The translations under genes and the position numbers were made by a program. The notes under the pieces are model-generated. The model saw only the letters and a program-made list of their open reading frames with translations. It was not told the origin of the DNA and ran no database searches. A stretch of DNA of 63,833 nt, filler included, from Octopus bimaculoides (Eukaryota), in assembly GCF_001194135.2 (NCBI RefSeq). It is 5 parts of 5 records of this genome, joined end to end, with 100 filler letters (N's around TTAATTAATTAA, not from the genome) between each part and the next. Parts side by side here need not be neighbours in the genome. Positions count along the whole stretch, not along the records: positions 27,280 to 53,743 come from NC_068985.1; 4 more parts are not named here. One strand, 5' to 3'. Below are positions 38,039 to 51,079 of the stretch, piece after piece (within the stretch, counting starts at the first letter, position 1; every line of letters begins with the position of its first letter).

Positions 38039-40182
38039 TTCTGAGCTATTTTTAACTATACGATTGCACACAAGGCTTATTTTTCCATCGGTTCTTAAAT
38101 TCCCCATATTAAATAGTTACTTGATGGTACTCCCCGTTCTTTTACATGAATGTTTTATTTAATTATTCTATGTACCCTACACGTCTGTTCAAAACCTCTC
38201 TTCTGCAATAAATTACCATATACAACTAATATAAATCGGAAATTATAAATGAAACTGTTTTAATTTTTTTTCGATATTTATCAATATGATATCTCTCATC
38301 ATATAGATGTAGAGCTGAGACAAAATCGATTGTATCGACCTTAGTTGGCTTATTGGCATTATATTTTACAAGAAAACATAGACTATTGAAGTGTATAACT
38401 TTACTGATGCAAAGGAAGTAAAATTTGATAATCTAATAAAAGTAGAAAGGAAATTGCATCTCAAAATAATTTCAGGGCTTTCTTATCTTATTAAGGCTAA
38501 AGCCATAATTGTATTGGCATTGATTCCTTACGGGCGAGCATGTACAAGAGTATAATGTTAGCTCATTCCAATGCAAGAAGGCAATCGTCTTTTTAACTTC
38601 GATCTCGTCTTATTTTCACTGCAAGTGCCGATGGGAAAAATCATTTACGTCACAGTAGTGAAATTACTCTTGTCATCAAAGATTTTGGACATTTATGGTA
38701 ATAAAACTGACAATTATTAATAGATAGGTGTGGAAAAATGTTAGAATACCCCCCCCCCATTTACTTCATTATTCGTAACCGCTGAGGTTCAACAATGCCA
38801 TTCTTCAAAAATATAATTCGATGAAAGACACCGGAAATATAACGGTTGTATTTAAACGCATTTTAGCTCTATACATCCATTTCATGTCTTTCTGTTATAA
38901 ATTCTATGGATGATTATTTCATCTTTTGTTCTGGTTATTACATTGTGCTGGTAATCCTATAATGTCGATCTCTACAGAATTACTTCCTCTTAAATTCAAA
39001 ATAAACACCTTATTCTTCATATTGATGGAAGTGATCCAATCCAACAATTCAACACAACTCCAGAGAGTGCTCACACGTGTCGGTGCCTATATTTATTTCC
39101 AGTCCTTCTCACTCAGAACTCATACCTGTATATCAGTCACGATGATTTCCAGTTAACCATGCTCAAGTTTTTTTTACTCATCAATACTTCCAAATGCGTC
39201 TGCTCGTTTTAGCATTCTCCTCACCTTTAGAATATTTTCGAACATATTTGCTCCTAGATTGAATATCTATCTCAACAAATCCTGAAACAACTGGCGTGGA
39301 TCGATTCAATACCTACAACTAATCTTAGCTGATACATGAATTTCCGCCTGGTATCACCATTTTACAAACTTAATATTTTTCAAACCTAAATCACAACATC
39401 AGTTCCGTTTATATCTAACGCACAACGCTGACCGACACACAAGCACTTCTAAAACGATCAAATTATTTTTCACCTCGAAAACCGACATCAGACAGTTTTT
39501 AACTGCGTCCGTTAAGAAATTACAACTCCATCGACAAAACAGTGTATGAAATGCTATGAAAATCGAAGATTTCTTGCCTTAATTTTTTTTTTGCTAATGT
39601 AACCGAAGTTTTAAAATTTCGGTTCAAAAGAGAAACAGTTTGAACAATAATACAGAAGAGTTGGCACTTTTTTTGACAATTTTAGGTCTGGTTCAATTAC
39701 GAAAACTATTATTTAAAAGCGGCAAATCTACTTTTCAAAATATTGCTCAAAAATATTAAATGAACTGAAGAATTGTTTAAGAGTGATATTCCTAATACAA
39801 ATACGAAATCCTTGCGCAACAACCATAAATAAAAGACATAAAGTTGTTTAGAAAATACTGCATAACAGCATCAGAATTAAAGGAGAAAGGAATATGATAT
39901 ACTCAAAATAGACCATTTGAAACAATATCGCCCGCTTGATATTTTCAATCATAAAACAATAAAAATTCGGCATTCATTTATATAATATTTGGAATTTTAT
40001 TTAAATAGGAAGCCGTTTAAGATGCAGCAATCTCTACTTGTCTCCTGTGAGAATGGCAAAGCGAAAATCAGTGCGCTAAGATTCTTCAATTAATATTTAG
40101 TAAAGTGTATTCTATATTTACGTATTGGATTTTATAATTGATGTCGTTTCTTGATTATTCTGCCGCAATATCTACCTCGTGC

Positions 40183-40221
<39 letters not shown>

Positions 40222-41145
40222 TTGTCTCTGTTTCTATACAGATACATACATACATGCTGACATACACACACACACATATACATATATATATACAAAATTA
40301 TAATAATATTAGGGACAAAATCCAAAATTACAGGTAAAAACTCAATTAAAATCAATTTATAAAAAAATAAAATTAAATTGAGCTTTATAGATAAAATATA
40401 TATAAAATATATTGTTTTAGGGAAAATAACCAAGTTTCAAGAACTCATCGATGAAAATCCACTATATATCACTATATGTGATAGNNNNNNNNNNNNNNNN
40501 NNNNNNNNNNNNNNNNNNNNNNNNNNNNNNNNNNNNNNNNNNNNNNNNNNNNNNNNNNNNNNNNNNNNNNNNNNNNNNNNNNNNNNNNNNNNNNNNNNNN
40601 NNNNNNNNNNNNNNNNNNNNNNNNNNNNNNNNNNNNNNNNNNNNNNNNNNNNNNNNNNNNNNNNNNNNNNNNNNNNNNNNNATATATATATATATATATA
40701 CGAGAATGAACGTACAAAAATGTACATACATCAATAAACACGTACATTTCTGTCGTATGTCTCGGCACCCTTATATATTAATAAATAAAATATATACTGT
40801 TATATGAATTTAATATATTAAAAGAAAAATTACAAACATATGAACCACCTAAAGTTGATTCAGATATGAAGCCTCCTTCAGAATCATTAAATTTAAACAT
40901 TAAAATATACTTCATTCCGAGAAGAAAAATTAATTAATAATGAGACATGGAAATTCCAGGAGGAACTCCCAAACACTTACAGCTTCATTTAGTACGTTAG
41001 TTAGTTCTTCTTCGAATCTATGAATCTATTAATGAAGATTGAAATAGAAATGAGAGATTGTGAATAGCTGTACCACCAAATTATTTACGTCTCAAGCTGG
41101 ATTTCTGCACTCAGTTGATATTTCCATTAATAACTCTTAGTAGTA

Positions 41146-41981
41146 AAGCAGCTAGCTGGCAGAAAAGTTAGCACGCCGGGCGAAGTGCTTAGCCGTATTT
41201 CGTCTGCTTGTACGATCTGAGTTCAAATTCCGCTGTGGTCGACTTTGCCTTTCATAATTCGGGTTCGATAACCTAAATACCAGTTTCGTACTGGGATCGA
41301 TCTAATTGACTGGCCCCATCCCCCAAAACGTCGGGCTTTGAGTAGAAAAGAATATATATAACCTGATTAGGCAGCGAACTGGCAGAAACGTTAGTACACC
41401 TGGCGAAATGCTTAGCGGTATTTCGTCTGTCTTTACATTCTGAGTTCAAATTCCGCCGAGGTCGACTTTGCCTTTCATCCTTTCGGAGTCGATAAATTAA
41501 GTACCAGTTACGCACTGGGGTCGATGTAATCGACTTCATCCGTTCGTCTGTTCTTGTTTGTTCCCTCTATGTTTAGCCCCTTGTGGGCAATAACGAAATA
41601 GGTATTTCGTCTGTCTTTACATTGAGTTCAAATTCCGCCGAGGTTGAATTTGCCTTTCATCCTTTCAGGGTCGATAAATTAAGTACCAGTTATGCACTGG
41701 GGTCGAAGTAATCAATTGATCCCTTTGTCTGTCCTTGTTTGTCCTCTCTATGTTTAGTCCATTGTAGACAATAAAGAAATAAGAAACGTTAGCACTTCGG
41801 GTGAAATACTTAGTGTTATTTCATCTGTTTTTACGTTCTGAGTTCAAATTCCGCCGAGATCGACTTTGACTTTCATTCTTTGAGGGTTGGTAAATTAAGT
41901 ACCTGTTGCGTACCGCGGTCTATCGATTCCACTGGCCCCCTCCTCCGAAATTTAGGACTTTGTTCCTAGAGTAGAAAAGAA
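41146..41981 (+). mobile_element. Four tandem SINE family A units (starts ~41148, 41370, 41601, 41782) flanked by a 15-bp direct repeat
   Basis: Four copies of the GAGTTCAAATTCCGC...GACTTTGCCTTTCAT core. Flanks are TAACTCTTAGTAGTA (41131-41145) and TAATTCTTAGTAGTA (41982-41996). Confidence 0.85.
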
Positions 41982-42736
41982 TAATTCTTAGTAGTAGGAG
42001 TTACAACACTTATAACATATTTTAGAAGGTAACCAAAGAATGCATGTCGCTGTTAGCCTTGAAAGTGTTTGCAAAATTTTAGTAACACATCCTGAAGTGC
42101 CAACACCATGTAAAGAACACACACAAATACAAATATATATATATGTATATATATATATATAGAGAGAGAGATAGATAGATAGATACAGACGCTCATACAC
42201 ACGTACATACACACATACACAAATATGTATACAGACACGCACAGACACACACGTATACATTTATCAAACGAGAGAGAAAGAACGAAAGGTTCGTTCGCAT
42301 AACGTATACATTAAGAGAGAATTCCTCAGACAAGAGAATGTTTTCAAGACGAAAAAAAATTACTAAAATATAAGAATAAAATATAATATACTTATTATTT
42401 GTTTGAATTGAATGTGAAATTGTGTTCATTGAAATTTAAAAGAAAAAATAAAACTTCTTTTTTTTTAAACTGTAAATAACAAAACGAATTAGGGTGGTGA
42501 AATTGGTGGTCTATAATAATGCAATAGAACTGAAGCATAATCGAGGTTTTATGTGGATTCTAAGTGAAAGAAAATGTGTTTTGTGTATTGAAATAGAAAA
42601 TATTAAAGATTAAAGTGTAAATATCAGCAATTATTATAGAGGTATCATTGATTGTATTACGATTCTATAGTTGAAAAATACTTTCTACATGTTATATATA
42701 TATTTATGTATGTATGTGCGTCTGTGCGTCTGTATG

Positions 42737-42767
<31 letters not shown>

Positions 42768-42812
42768 CTTTTGAGTATATATGTATGCACACACACACAT
42801 ATATGCAAATGC

Positions 42813-42846
<34 letters not shown>

Positions 42847-43374
42847 CCATCTATATATATTTGTGCATGTATATTTAGTCGAAAGAGAGTAGTCCTTCCA
42901 CAAATATGATATGTATGTGTGTGAATGTGTGTGTGTGTGTCTTTAGTTAGAATAGAGCATCATGTAGGGATGTTTAACGACAGCAAAAAACCTGGACCCG
43001 GTCAGTTATATATAATTTTGCTTCTGCTAAATAATTTCTTTTGGCAACCATATTCACTGAAATTTATTCACGAAACTTTTATCAATAAGAAAACCTGTTA
43101 GTAACGTGATCTTTTTGTTCACTTTTTTTTTGTGTTGTGCATGTAAAACACACCGTGTGAAAAAATTCACTAATATGTTTTCAGTAAAACCATTGTAGGG
43201 GAACATTTGTTTTGTGAAGGCATATTTTTGTATTTTGGCTTTCATATATAAAAATATAGGCTAAGAAACGGCTTACCCTTATGCTAAAAAATAAAAGGTT
43301 TCATCCAAACCCAAAAAAATGTAGGTATTAAAAATGTAATGCATTTTGAACTGATTCTCATTAGTTACACTATG

Positions 43375-43410
<36 letters not shown>

Positions 43411-43472
43411 AGTGTGTGTGTGTGTGAGTGTGTGTATGGAGACAGACAGACTTTAGTTAGAGATAGAGAGAC

Positions 43473-43535
<63 letters not shown>

Positions 43536-44674
43536 TAGATATATGTACATATATACAATATATATGCACTTATATATTTCTCCGTTAACTAACAGAAATT
43601 TCTCATCTTTATTATTCCTATTCAACTTGCTATATATGAAAATTATGAAATTCACAATTTTTGCATTACTGTCCCCGCAGACTAACNNNNNNNNNNNNNN
43701 NNNNNNNNNNNNNNNNNNNNNNNNNNNNNNNNNNNNNNNNNNNNNNNNNNNNNNNNNNNNNNNNNNNNNNNNNNNNNNNNNNNNNNNNNNNNNNNNNNNN
43801 NNNNNNNNNNNNNNNNNNNNNNNNNNNNNNNNNNNNNNNNNNNNNNNNNNNNNNNNNNNNNNNNNNNNNNNNNNNNNNNNNNNNNNNNNNNNNNNNNNNN
43901 NNNNNNNNNNNNNNNNNNNNNNNNNNNNNNNNNNNNNNNNNNNNNNNNNNNNNNNNNNNNNNNNNNNNNNNNNNNNNNNNNNNNNNNNNNNNNNNNNNNN
44001 NNNNNNNNNNNNNNNNNNNNNNNNNNNNNNNNNNNNNNNNNNNNNNNNNNNNNNNNNNNNNNNNNNNNNNNNNNNNNNNNNNNNNNNNNNNNNNNNNNNN
44101 NNNNNNNNNNNNNNNNNNNNNNNNNNNNNNNNNNNNNNNNNNNNNNNNNNNNNNNNNNNNNNNNNNNNNNNNNNNNNNNNNNNNNNNNNNNNNNNNNNNN
44201 NNNNNNNNNNNNNNNNNNNNNNNNNNNNNNNNNNNNNNNNNNNNNNNNNNNNNNNNNNNNNNNNNNNNNNNNNNNNNNNNNNNNNNNNNNNNNNNNNNNN
44301 NNNNNNNNNNNNNNNNTATATATATATATGAATATATATATATGTGTGTGTGTGTGTGTATACCCTAGTATTATAGCCTGATTTCATTCGGGTCTACTCG
44401 GGCAACATTTTAAAGATGAGGAATTTTGCTCTAAAATCCACGCGTTTCAATTGACCAAGCCCCAAGTTGCCATGCAAGCTTCCCATCATCTTTAACATAG
44501 ATGTGCAAATGTCCAGGTCAATCCGACCACATTTACTAACACTATTCTCTGCACAGTTGCGAAGTGAGGAAACGTCCGTCCTTTTCACAAATATATAGTA
44601 AATACACACACTCACACACACACACATACTTATATAAACATACATACATATACACAGGACAGATTTACACACAG

Positions 44675-44812
44675 CTTAACTCTACTGAATCCCTTCGCAA
44701 GACATTGTTCCGCCCTGAGATATGGTAGAAGGCACTTACCCAAGATGCAGCGCACTAAGACGCAATTGGAGAACAAAGCGAGGCTCTTAAACACACAGCT
44801 CCGTCTGCATCT
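44675..44812 (-). mobile_element. SINE family B head, diverged
   Basis: GTAGAAGGCACTTACCCAAG...CTTAAACACACAGC. Confidence 0.55.
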
Positions 44813-44880
44813 GCATGAAATAAATTTTTATCCATTGGGTTGTTTAGCACGTAATTCCCAAAGGCCTATTATTATTATTA

Positions 44881-44959
<79 letters not shown>

Positions 44960-45369
44960 CATTATTATTTTTATTATTATCCTTGTACCAAATACATACG
45001 AATATGATAGATTTGAACTTCGTCCAAACGGAAATATATAGTCACCAAAATGTGTTTTCAACTATACTCTCTCTAAAACATGTAACCTCATAATATACAA
45101 GGCATCTATATAAATACATATATTTTAGAAAACAGTCGATACCACAACGGGGATTCAATCGCGAGAATAAATGTAGGTATTCCTCTCCTCCTTATAATAA
45201 TATTTTACAGACAGTAAGTCAAAATAGGATTAATTCACACAGAAGAAAACACTGATGTGCATATAGAAAAACATACATTATAAAAACAATTTTATGAAGT
45301 TAAAATATGTTTCATAGTTTCCATAATTCCCCACATTGAAACTGAAATAAGTCGAATAATACTTTAAAT

Positions 45370-45553
45370 GAGCAAGGTGGCCGAATCATTAACACGTCAT
45401 TAGCGGCAATTTGTCCGTCTGTATGTTTTGAGTTCACATTCCGCTGTGGTTGACTTTGCTTTTCTGGGTCGATTAAATAAGTACTGCGCGAGATCGATTT
45501 AATCGACTGGCCCTTCTCCCAAAACTGCTGTCCTTGTGCCAAAATTTGAAACC
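45370..45553 (+). mobile_element. SINE family A, diverged
   Basis: GAGTTCACATTCCGCTGTGGTTGACTTTGC...GTCCTTGTGCCAAAATTTGAAACC. Confidence 0.75.
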
Positions 45554-45942
45554 TGTATGAATTCACCTAGGATCACATTCAAATATGTAACTTCCAAATA
45601 CACTCTCAGATCTCTGTTTTTGCCTTCTCATCTGTTACTGAAAATATATTTTGCCTCTCTCTACTCTGGTAAGCTACTTCAAATTTAGGTCTCTCTCCTC
45701 GTTGCTACCCATGTTTATCTCACCACTTGAAGCTCCAATCTAGCCAATACGCTTCATCTTACTCTACCCCTTACTCCCGGATTTCGGGATGTTCTGCGTT
45801 GAACATATTGTCCCTAGAGCTTTGACTTTCCGAACTTTCAAATGTAGCATCGATAATTTCGAAGTCAACGACCTTGAAAGGCCTGCGAAAGCTATGTTCG
45901 CAACACCTGCTTCCAGATGGAAACCATCTACAAAATCCTTAA

Positions 45943-46027
45943 TGAAGTACCGAACACGTGTCATCATCACATTATTAGCAAATCTCTTTTGCTAATAATG
46001 TGATAATGACACGTGTTTGGTACTTTA
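45943..46027. other. 85-nt near-perfect hairpin (40-bp stem, 5-nt loop)
   Basis: TGAAGTACCGAACACGTGTCATCATCACATTATTAGCAAA-TCTCT-TTTGCTAATAATGTGATAATGACACGTGTTTGGTACTTTA; two G-T pairs and one C-A mismatch. Confidence 0.92.
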
Positions 46028-48720
46028 GTAGCGATTCCTTCAACTGGTATTGATGCTTAGTACGACTGTTGTTTTTGTTGGGGGTAGCAGTGGAGTTACT
46101 TTTTTCTTGGTCAGTTGTATCTGCTCAGAAATTTGATTAATATTTTCTCATCTGTCAAATGGATATCTTCTACTTATATGCAAAATGATATTATCGGAGG
46201 CATACTTCGACATGTATGTGATGTTAGTGAGATTTGTATGCTTCTTTTCTATTAGAAAGTGTGCCTGTATAGCCATTGGGACCTTGAACAAAATTTAGCT
46301 TTGAAGAGAACAAATAGTTTGTAAATGTTGCCCTATAAAGAAGACAATAATAGTTTTCGTCACCGACAATTTTTACTTTAAATATTCCTTGAAGTAAACC
46401 TTCAGTTATGCAGAACTTTAATATGTATTCCCTACTACAATTACGCTCGAATTCAGCTACGAGAATATTAATGGAAAAAGAAAACTTTGGGTGGTACGTT
46501 TAAAGAAGATGAAACATGCGTGCTATATACAGTTTTTATCTGCTGTGTGTATAATTGTAATAGTTCAATGAATACGATTAAAATATAGGGCGAGTTTCAA
46601 ATGTCACGAGAAAAACTTAGAACAGCATGCATTGTATAGATCTTTAATATTTTTTATCACTTCTTCCTTCTGTGTTCATAACTTCAGGTAATTCATCTTA
46701 TTTCCTTGGATTACGAATAATACATATTTTTTCTTATTCAATTATAAAAGATATTCGGTACACATATAGAAATATGTTTTATGAAGATGATCAGATAATA
46801 TGATTGAAAGAAAATTTAGTCTAAAATATAGATTCTAAATATTTTTGTTGGTTATCTGTAAACTTTTGTTTTTCCTTTTTACCGAATAGTATGAAACAAA
46901 CATATATATTTTTTTCTACATTGATATCATATAGGAAATTGAGTGTGTATACATACTTATGTCTTCCGGCAGGAAGGATTGTTTAGTATGTGAATGATTG
47001 TTTAATATGTAAATGAAATTTGGTTGTGAAAAGGAGGCAATGAGATCTTTAAAAATGAAACCAGTTCAGTAAAAATTGTTTTAGGGTGTTGTTTTCAACT
47101 TTTCGACATTGGTGAAATTTGGCAACTTATCTCGGAGACAATTCATTTCTATTTTAAAATATTAGTTGAAAGAAGAGGAATAATGTATTTCTGTGCAGGA
47201 ATTATCATCGCTGGAGTGAATTTGCATTTCGAATATACCAACAGAAAAGACCGAAAAGAATGTATTAAGTTACTCACAAAGAAAATCGTTAATTATGTCG
47301 GCAAAATCTACTAATGTAAGACATACGAACAATGAAGGCAAACATATGAAGTGAATCATAGTTTTCTTATCATCATTAGGAATATGTTGAAGTAATAGAA
47401 GATAACAAACAAAATGTTAAGATTGTTGTAACTCAGAGTGTGTGATGATATGGAAAACGGCCACGAAGAAAATGATAATGATGGAGGAGGTGGAAGAAGA
47501 AAATAAAAATGACGATGATTATGATGAGGTGGCTAGAGGGGGAAGAGGATAACAAAGGTAACGATGATGCCGAAGAGGGCGGCGGCGTTGATGGTGGTGA
47601 AGGAGGAGAATAATAAGAAAGATGTTTATTTGTAATATGAAAATCAAAGAATAGCTTGCTGTTCATGATGTATTGGCTACACCGCCTATTCACATGGTAT
47701 GTGCATTGCTCGGTACCCGCTTAGAATGACTAAGTTTATTACCCACCCGGATAGCTCCACACCGATGCCACTTATCTGTTGTCTTTAACACTTGTGAATT
47801 TCGTGAAATTAATATTGCATTAAACACCCGTAAATTCTCGGATCCTGAGGCTGATACAACAATTAACCTTCCATACAAGTCGTTATTTATATGCAGTCTA
47901 CACACAGTCTACACAGGTAGAGCCAACCCTCAGACTGTGAACAGCAATTTCATGATCATTGTACAGTTTCACAGCAATACACTAATGTATTCTTATTTTG
48001 ATAAGTGAACGTGTATTTGAATATCCTGGAAAGGTATTCACGAAAAAAATTGGCGCCTGTTTTTAGCATCGCGTTGAGCTGTAACCTTTCTGGCAGAAAT
48101 ATCCACGGCAGCTCTATGACATGCAATACATCGAAGAGAATGGGCAAATAATAAAGCTGGGTTTGGTAGAAATCTCATCTGCTTGAATCAGGCCAAACGA
48201 TCGATCAATTTTCAGTACTCGTCTATTATCCCCACAGCAGCTGATTTCGATCCTGCTTCGAGCGGCTGAAAAACATTAATGCCTATATATTTTGCTTAGC
48301 TTTTACCCTGAAGAGTTACTATTCCTAACTAATTTAAATGACATACTTAGCCTGTAGAGTTTGACATTGCTCTTATTAATGTACGCCATGGTATCTGCGC
48401 ATATCGCAGTTGAGGTGCATTCCATTAGACCCTAAATGCCGAAAGGCCGTGTCGGCATGCGCACATGATATCAGCAGACGTCACGGATTTTAAGGTCCTT
48501 GACAAGATTAACAAAAATGAAAAGTAATAAGAAGGGTAGTGACCGGGTCATGTTATCCAGTATATTGCGCTGCTAGAATAGTGAGTTTTTTAACATGCTT
48601 CAGATCTCATTCAAAGCAAGCATTTTTCGCCTGAAGGTATTAGAAATTGAGAAATTGTAAATCATCAATGAAATGTCAGGCTTTAGGTAGTAATAAGTCT
48701 GTGTATTTAAAACTGCCTTT

Positions 48721-48806
48721 GTACCTTTAATCTGACCACTTCACTGTCTTGGAACCTCTGCGTTGTACCTTTAATCTGACCACTTCACTGTCTTGGAACC
48801 TCTGCG
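48721..48806. repeat. Perfect tandem duplication (44-bp period)
   Basis: GTACCTTTAATCTGACCACTTCACTGTCTTGGAACCTCTGCG at 48721 and 48765. Confidence 0.95.
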
Positions 48807-49815
48807 GTTTTGATTTTTGTAAAGAGGTGACGTTCCATTAATAAAAAAGTCAGCCTGGGGGCCCCAAAATGTTTTGGGCTTTTGATATGCAGACACACAC
48901 TGAAGCAACATCTACAGAGATTCATGGGTGGTGTGTGGCTTTGGTCATCGTTAGTCAGAATCGTCTTCCCACAGATAATTACATTGATGACACAGCATGG
49001 GTCACGTAAACGACACTTGGCATCTGCAGTGTGATTCCTCTTGACCAGTTTCCACCAGTCAGACAACGCAGTTCAGATCACATCAACTCTAATCTTTTAT
49101 ACTCGAAAAGAGATTGATAGGAGTGATGAGATTCTTGAGAAGAGAGCATGAGTCGACCAAGTTCCAGTGAACTATCTGATTCGAAAGACTTTCCGCTCTC
49201 ATATTTTGAGCCTACTACCGAAAGTCCTGGCTGGTACAGCTATTCTGAAATGGCGTTGATTGGTCAAGATAGATAGTACAAGCATGTCATTTTAGTCATT
49301 TAAACATGTCAGTAAAACGTACAGAGCGACGACATAAGGAACACTTTTAAATATTTCTTTAGTGCCCTGGCATTCGTGATATTTCAAGTCATATTCAACA
49401 GCTTCAGTTGTATCTGAAACAGATTCAGCTGTCGCCATTTAAATGTAGAGCTTCTCCATTTCTCATGTTATATACTGTCGAACGATTTTACGTGAACAAT
49501 TCTTTTCAAGCGAGTTGTACATTTTCTTGTTTTCTATAAAATCTTGCTTCAGAAATAATGCCCCATCGTCCCACCTAGTTATATGTTGTTGATATCGAAA
49601 TGAGCAAACTGCCCACCCTGCAGGTTTGTCCATATTTTCCGCGCGTTTTGAGGACATTTTGAGGACGTCTTGAGGACTTACAGTTGTCTCGTTTCAAAAA
49701 ATTTAAAATTTTCATTCCATCATCCAATCATGTTCCTGTATTTTTTGTCTGCCATTTCAATGAATGGTGAGACCGTATATCTATGGCAATTGGTCAAGTG
49801 CTTCAACCAGAAATA

Positions 49816-49851
<36 letters not shown>

Positions 49852-50856
49852 TATATATTATATGTAAGTCGTTGGGAAGAGGAAAATATATAATGGCACC
49901 GAAACCATGGTCCATTATATCCAGCAAGGATGTTCGACCAGTACTAAGAACATCAATTAACTACAAATCCTTGAGATTTTTATACCTCAATGCCAATATA
50001 TAATTCCTTCTTCCCTGCGATATATTTTTATGTTCGATGTGTTAGTGCAATATTCCTATAGAAACTACTTATATTTCTATTGAAGTGGTGATTCTGCCAG
50101 GACCAATTTAGATAACATGTTTATAGAATATTTTCCGTGGTAACATACCTATTTCTTATATAAGGAGCCTTTGCATATTTAGCAGCTCCCTCCATAATAT
50201 CTTGCCTTGGTTTTCTATTTTATTATCATTTTACTTCAGTTTTTTTTCCACCGTGCTGTTTATTTTCTTTCTATCACTAAGTAAGGTAGGATTTTTTCTT
50301 CCAATTTCTTTAATTTTATTATCGCACGGTTCCTCTCGAGTTCTGACTATCAGGAGCAAACCCTTTTTTCGTGACTATTGTTGAAAACTGAAAGCTTTTT
50401 CTTCTACAAACATTATCTCACCCAATCTGTTGGCTTTCTCATAGTTTGTTGCCGCAGAAAGAATTCCTAGAAGGCGAATGAGATGCATATATGTATACAG
50501 CTTTTTCATGTGTTTATATTTTTAAAAAATGTTCATCGATATTATATTTCCTTTCATATTTGTTTTATTTTCTATGTAATATCTGTCACATTGTGGCTGC
50601 TTAGATTAGTTTCTATACTGTTTAATTTTAGGTGGCAGATAGTAAAGGATATATTTTTCTGTACTCGTATATTCACATTAAATCTTCTATGCGTGTAGTT
50701 TCTATGATTTCTTCCAAAATGTTTACGAATTTGTTTCTTTTATTAATTTCTTGTAACAGTCCTGGTAGTATTTCCTATATCTACTCTACTTTTTTAGGGA
50801 TCTTCTACTGCATGTGTTATTGTATATGAAAAGGTTCTTTCCACTCCTGCCTCTGT

Positions 50857-50861
50857 AAAAA
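50857..50861 (-). terminator. Pol III terminator (T5) 7 nt downstream of the tRNA
   Basis: Minus strand reads ...GGGCG-TATGATC-TTTTT. Confidence 0.6.
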
Positions 50862-50868
50862 GATCATA

Positions 50869-50960
50869 CGCCCGCAGATAGACTCGAATCCGTGACCTTC
50901 AAATTACTTCTAAGGTTGACCTATAAAAGTCTGATGCTCTACCGACTGAGCTATGCGGGC
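50869..50960 (-). tRNA. tRNA-Lys-TTT: Intron-containing tRNA-Lys(TTT) gene or pseudogene (19-nt intron at 50905-50923; T-arm mispaired)
   Basis: GCCCGCA-TA-GCTCAGTCGGTAGAGC-A-TCAGA-CTTTTA-[TAGGTCAACCTTAGAAGTA]-A-TTTGA-AGGTC-ACGGATTCGAGTCTATC-TGCGGGC-G. Perfect acceptor stem; 73 nt after splicing. Confidence 0.8.
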
Positions 50961-51079
50961 GGACAAAATGTGTTCACAATGATATCTCCATTTTTATGCT
51001 GTCAGTTATATACTGTATAATTCTCTTGTTATGACGCATGGCTTTGTTGATCACATCGGTGATGGCTAAGAGGATTGTT

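Noticed and set aside
44394-44672. 92-aa minus-strand ORF
   Set aside because: The N-terminal third is microsatellite; no recognisable domain or convincing splice sites.
47990-48170. Possible RTE reverse-transcriptase relic (PGKVFTK...)
   Set aside because: Only one short motif and multiple stops; too weak to call.
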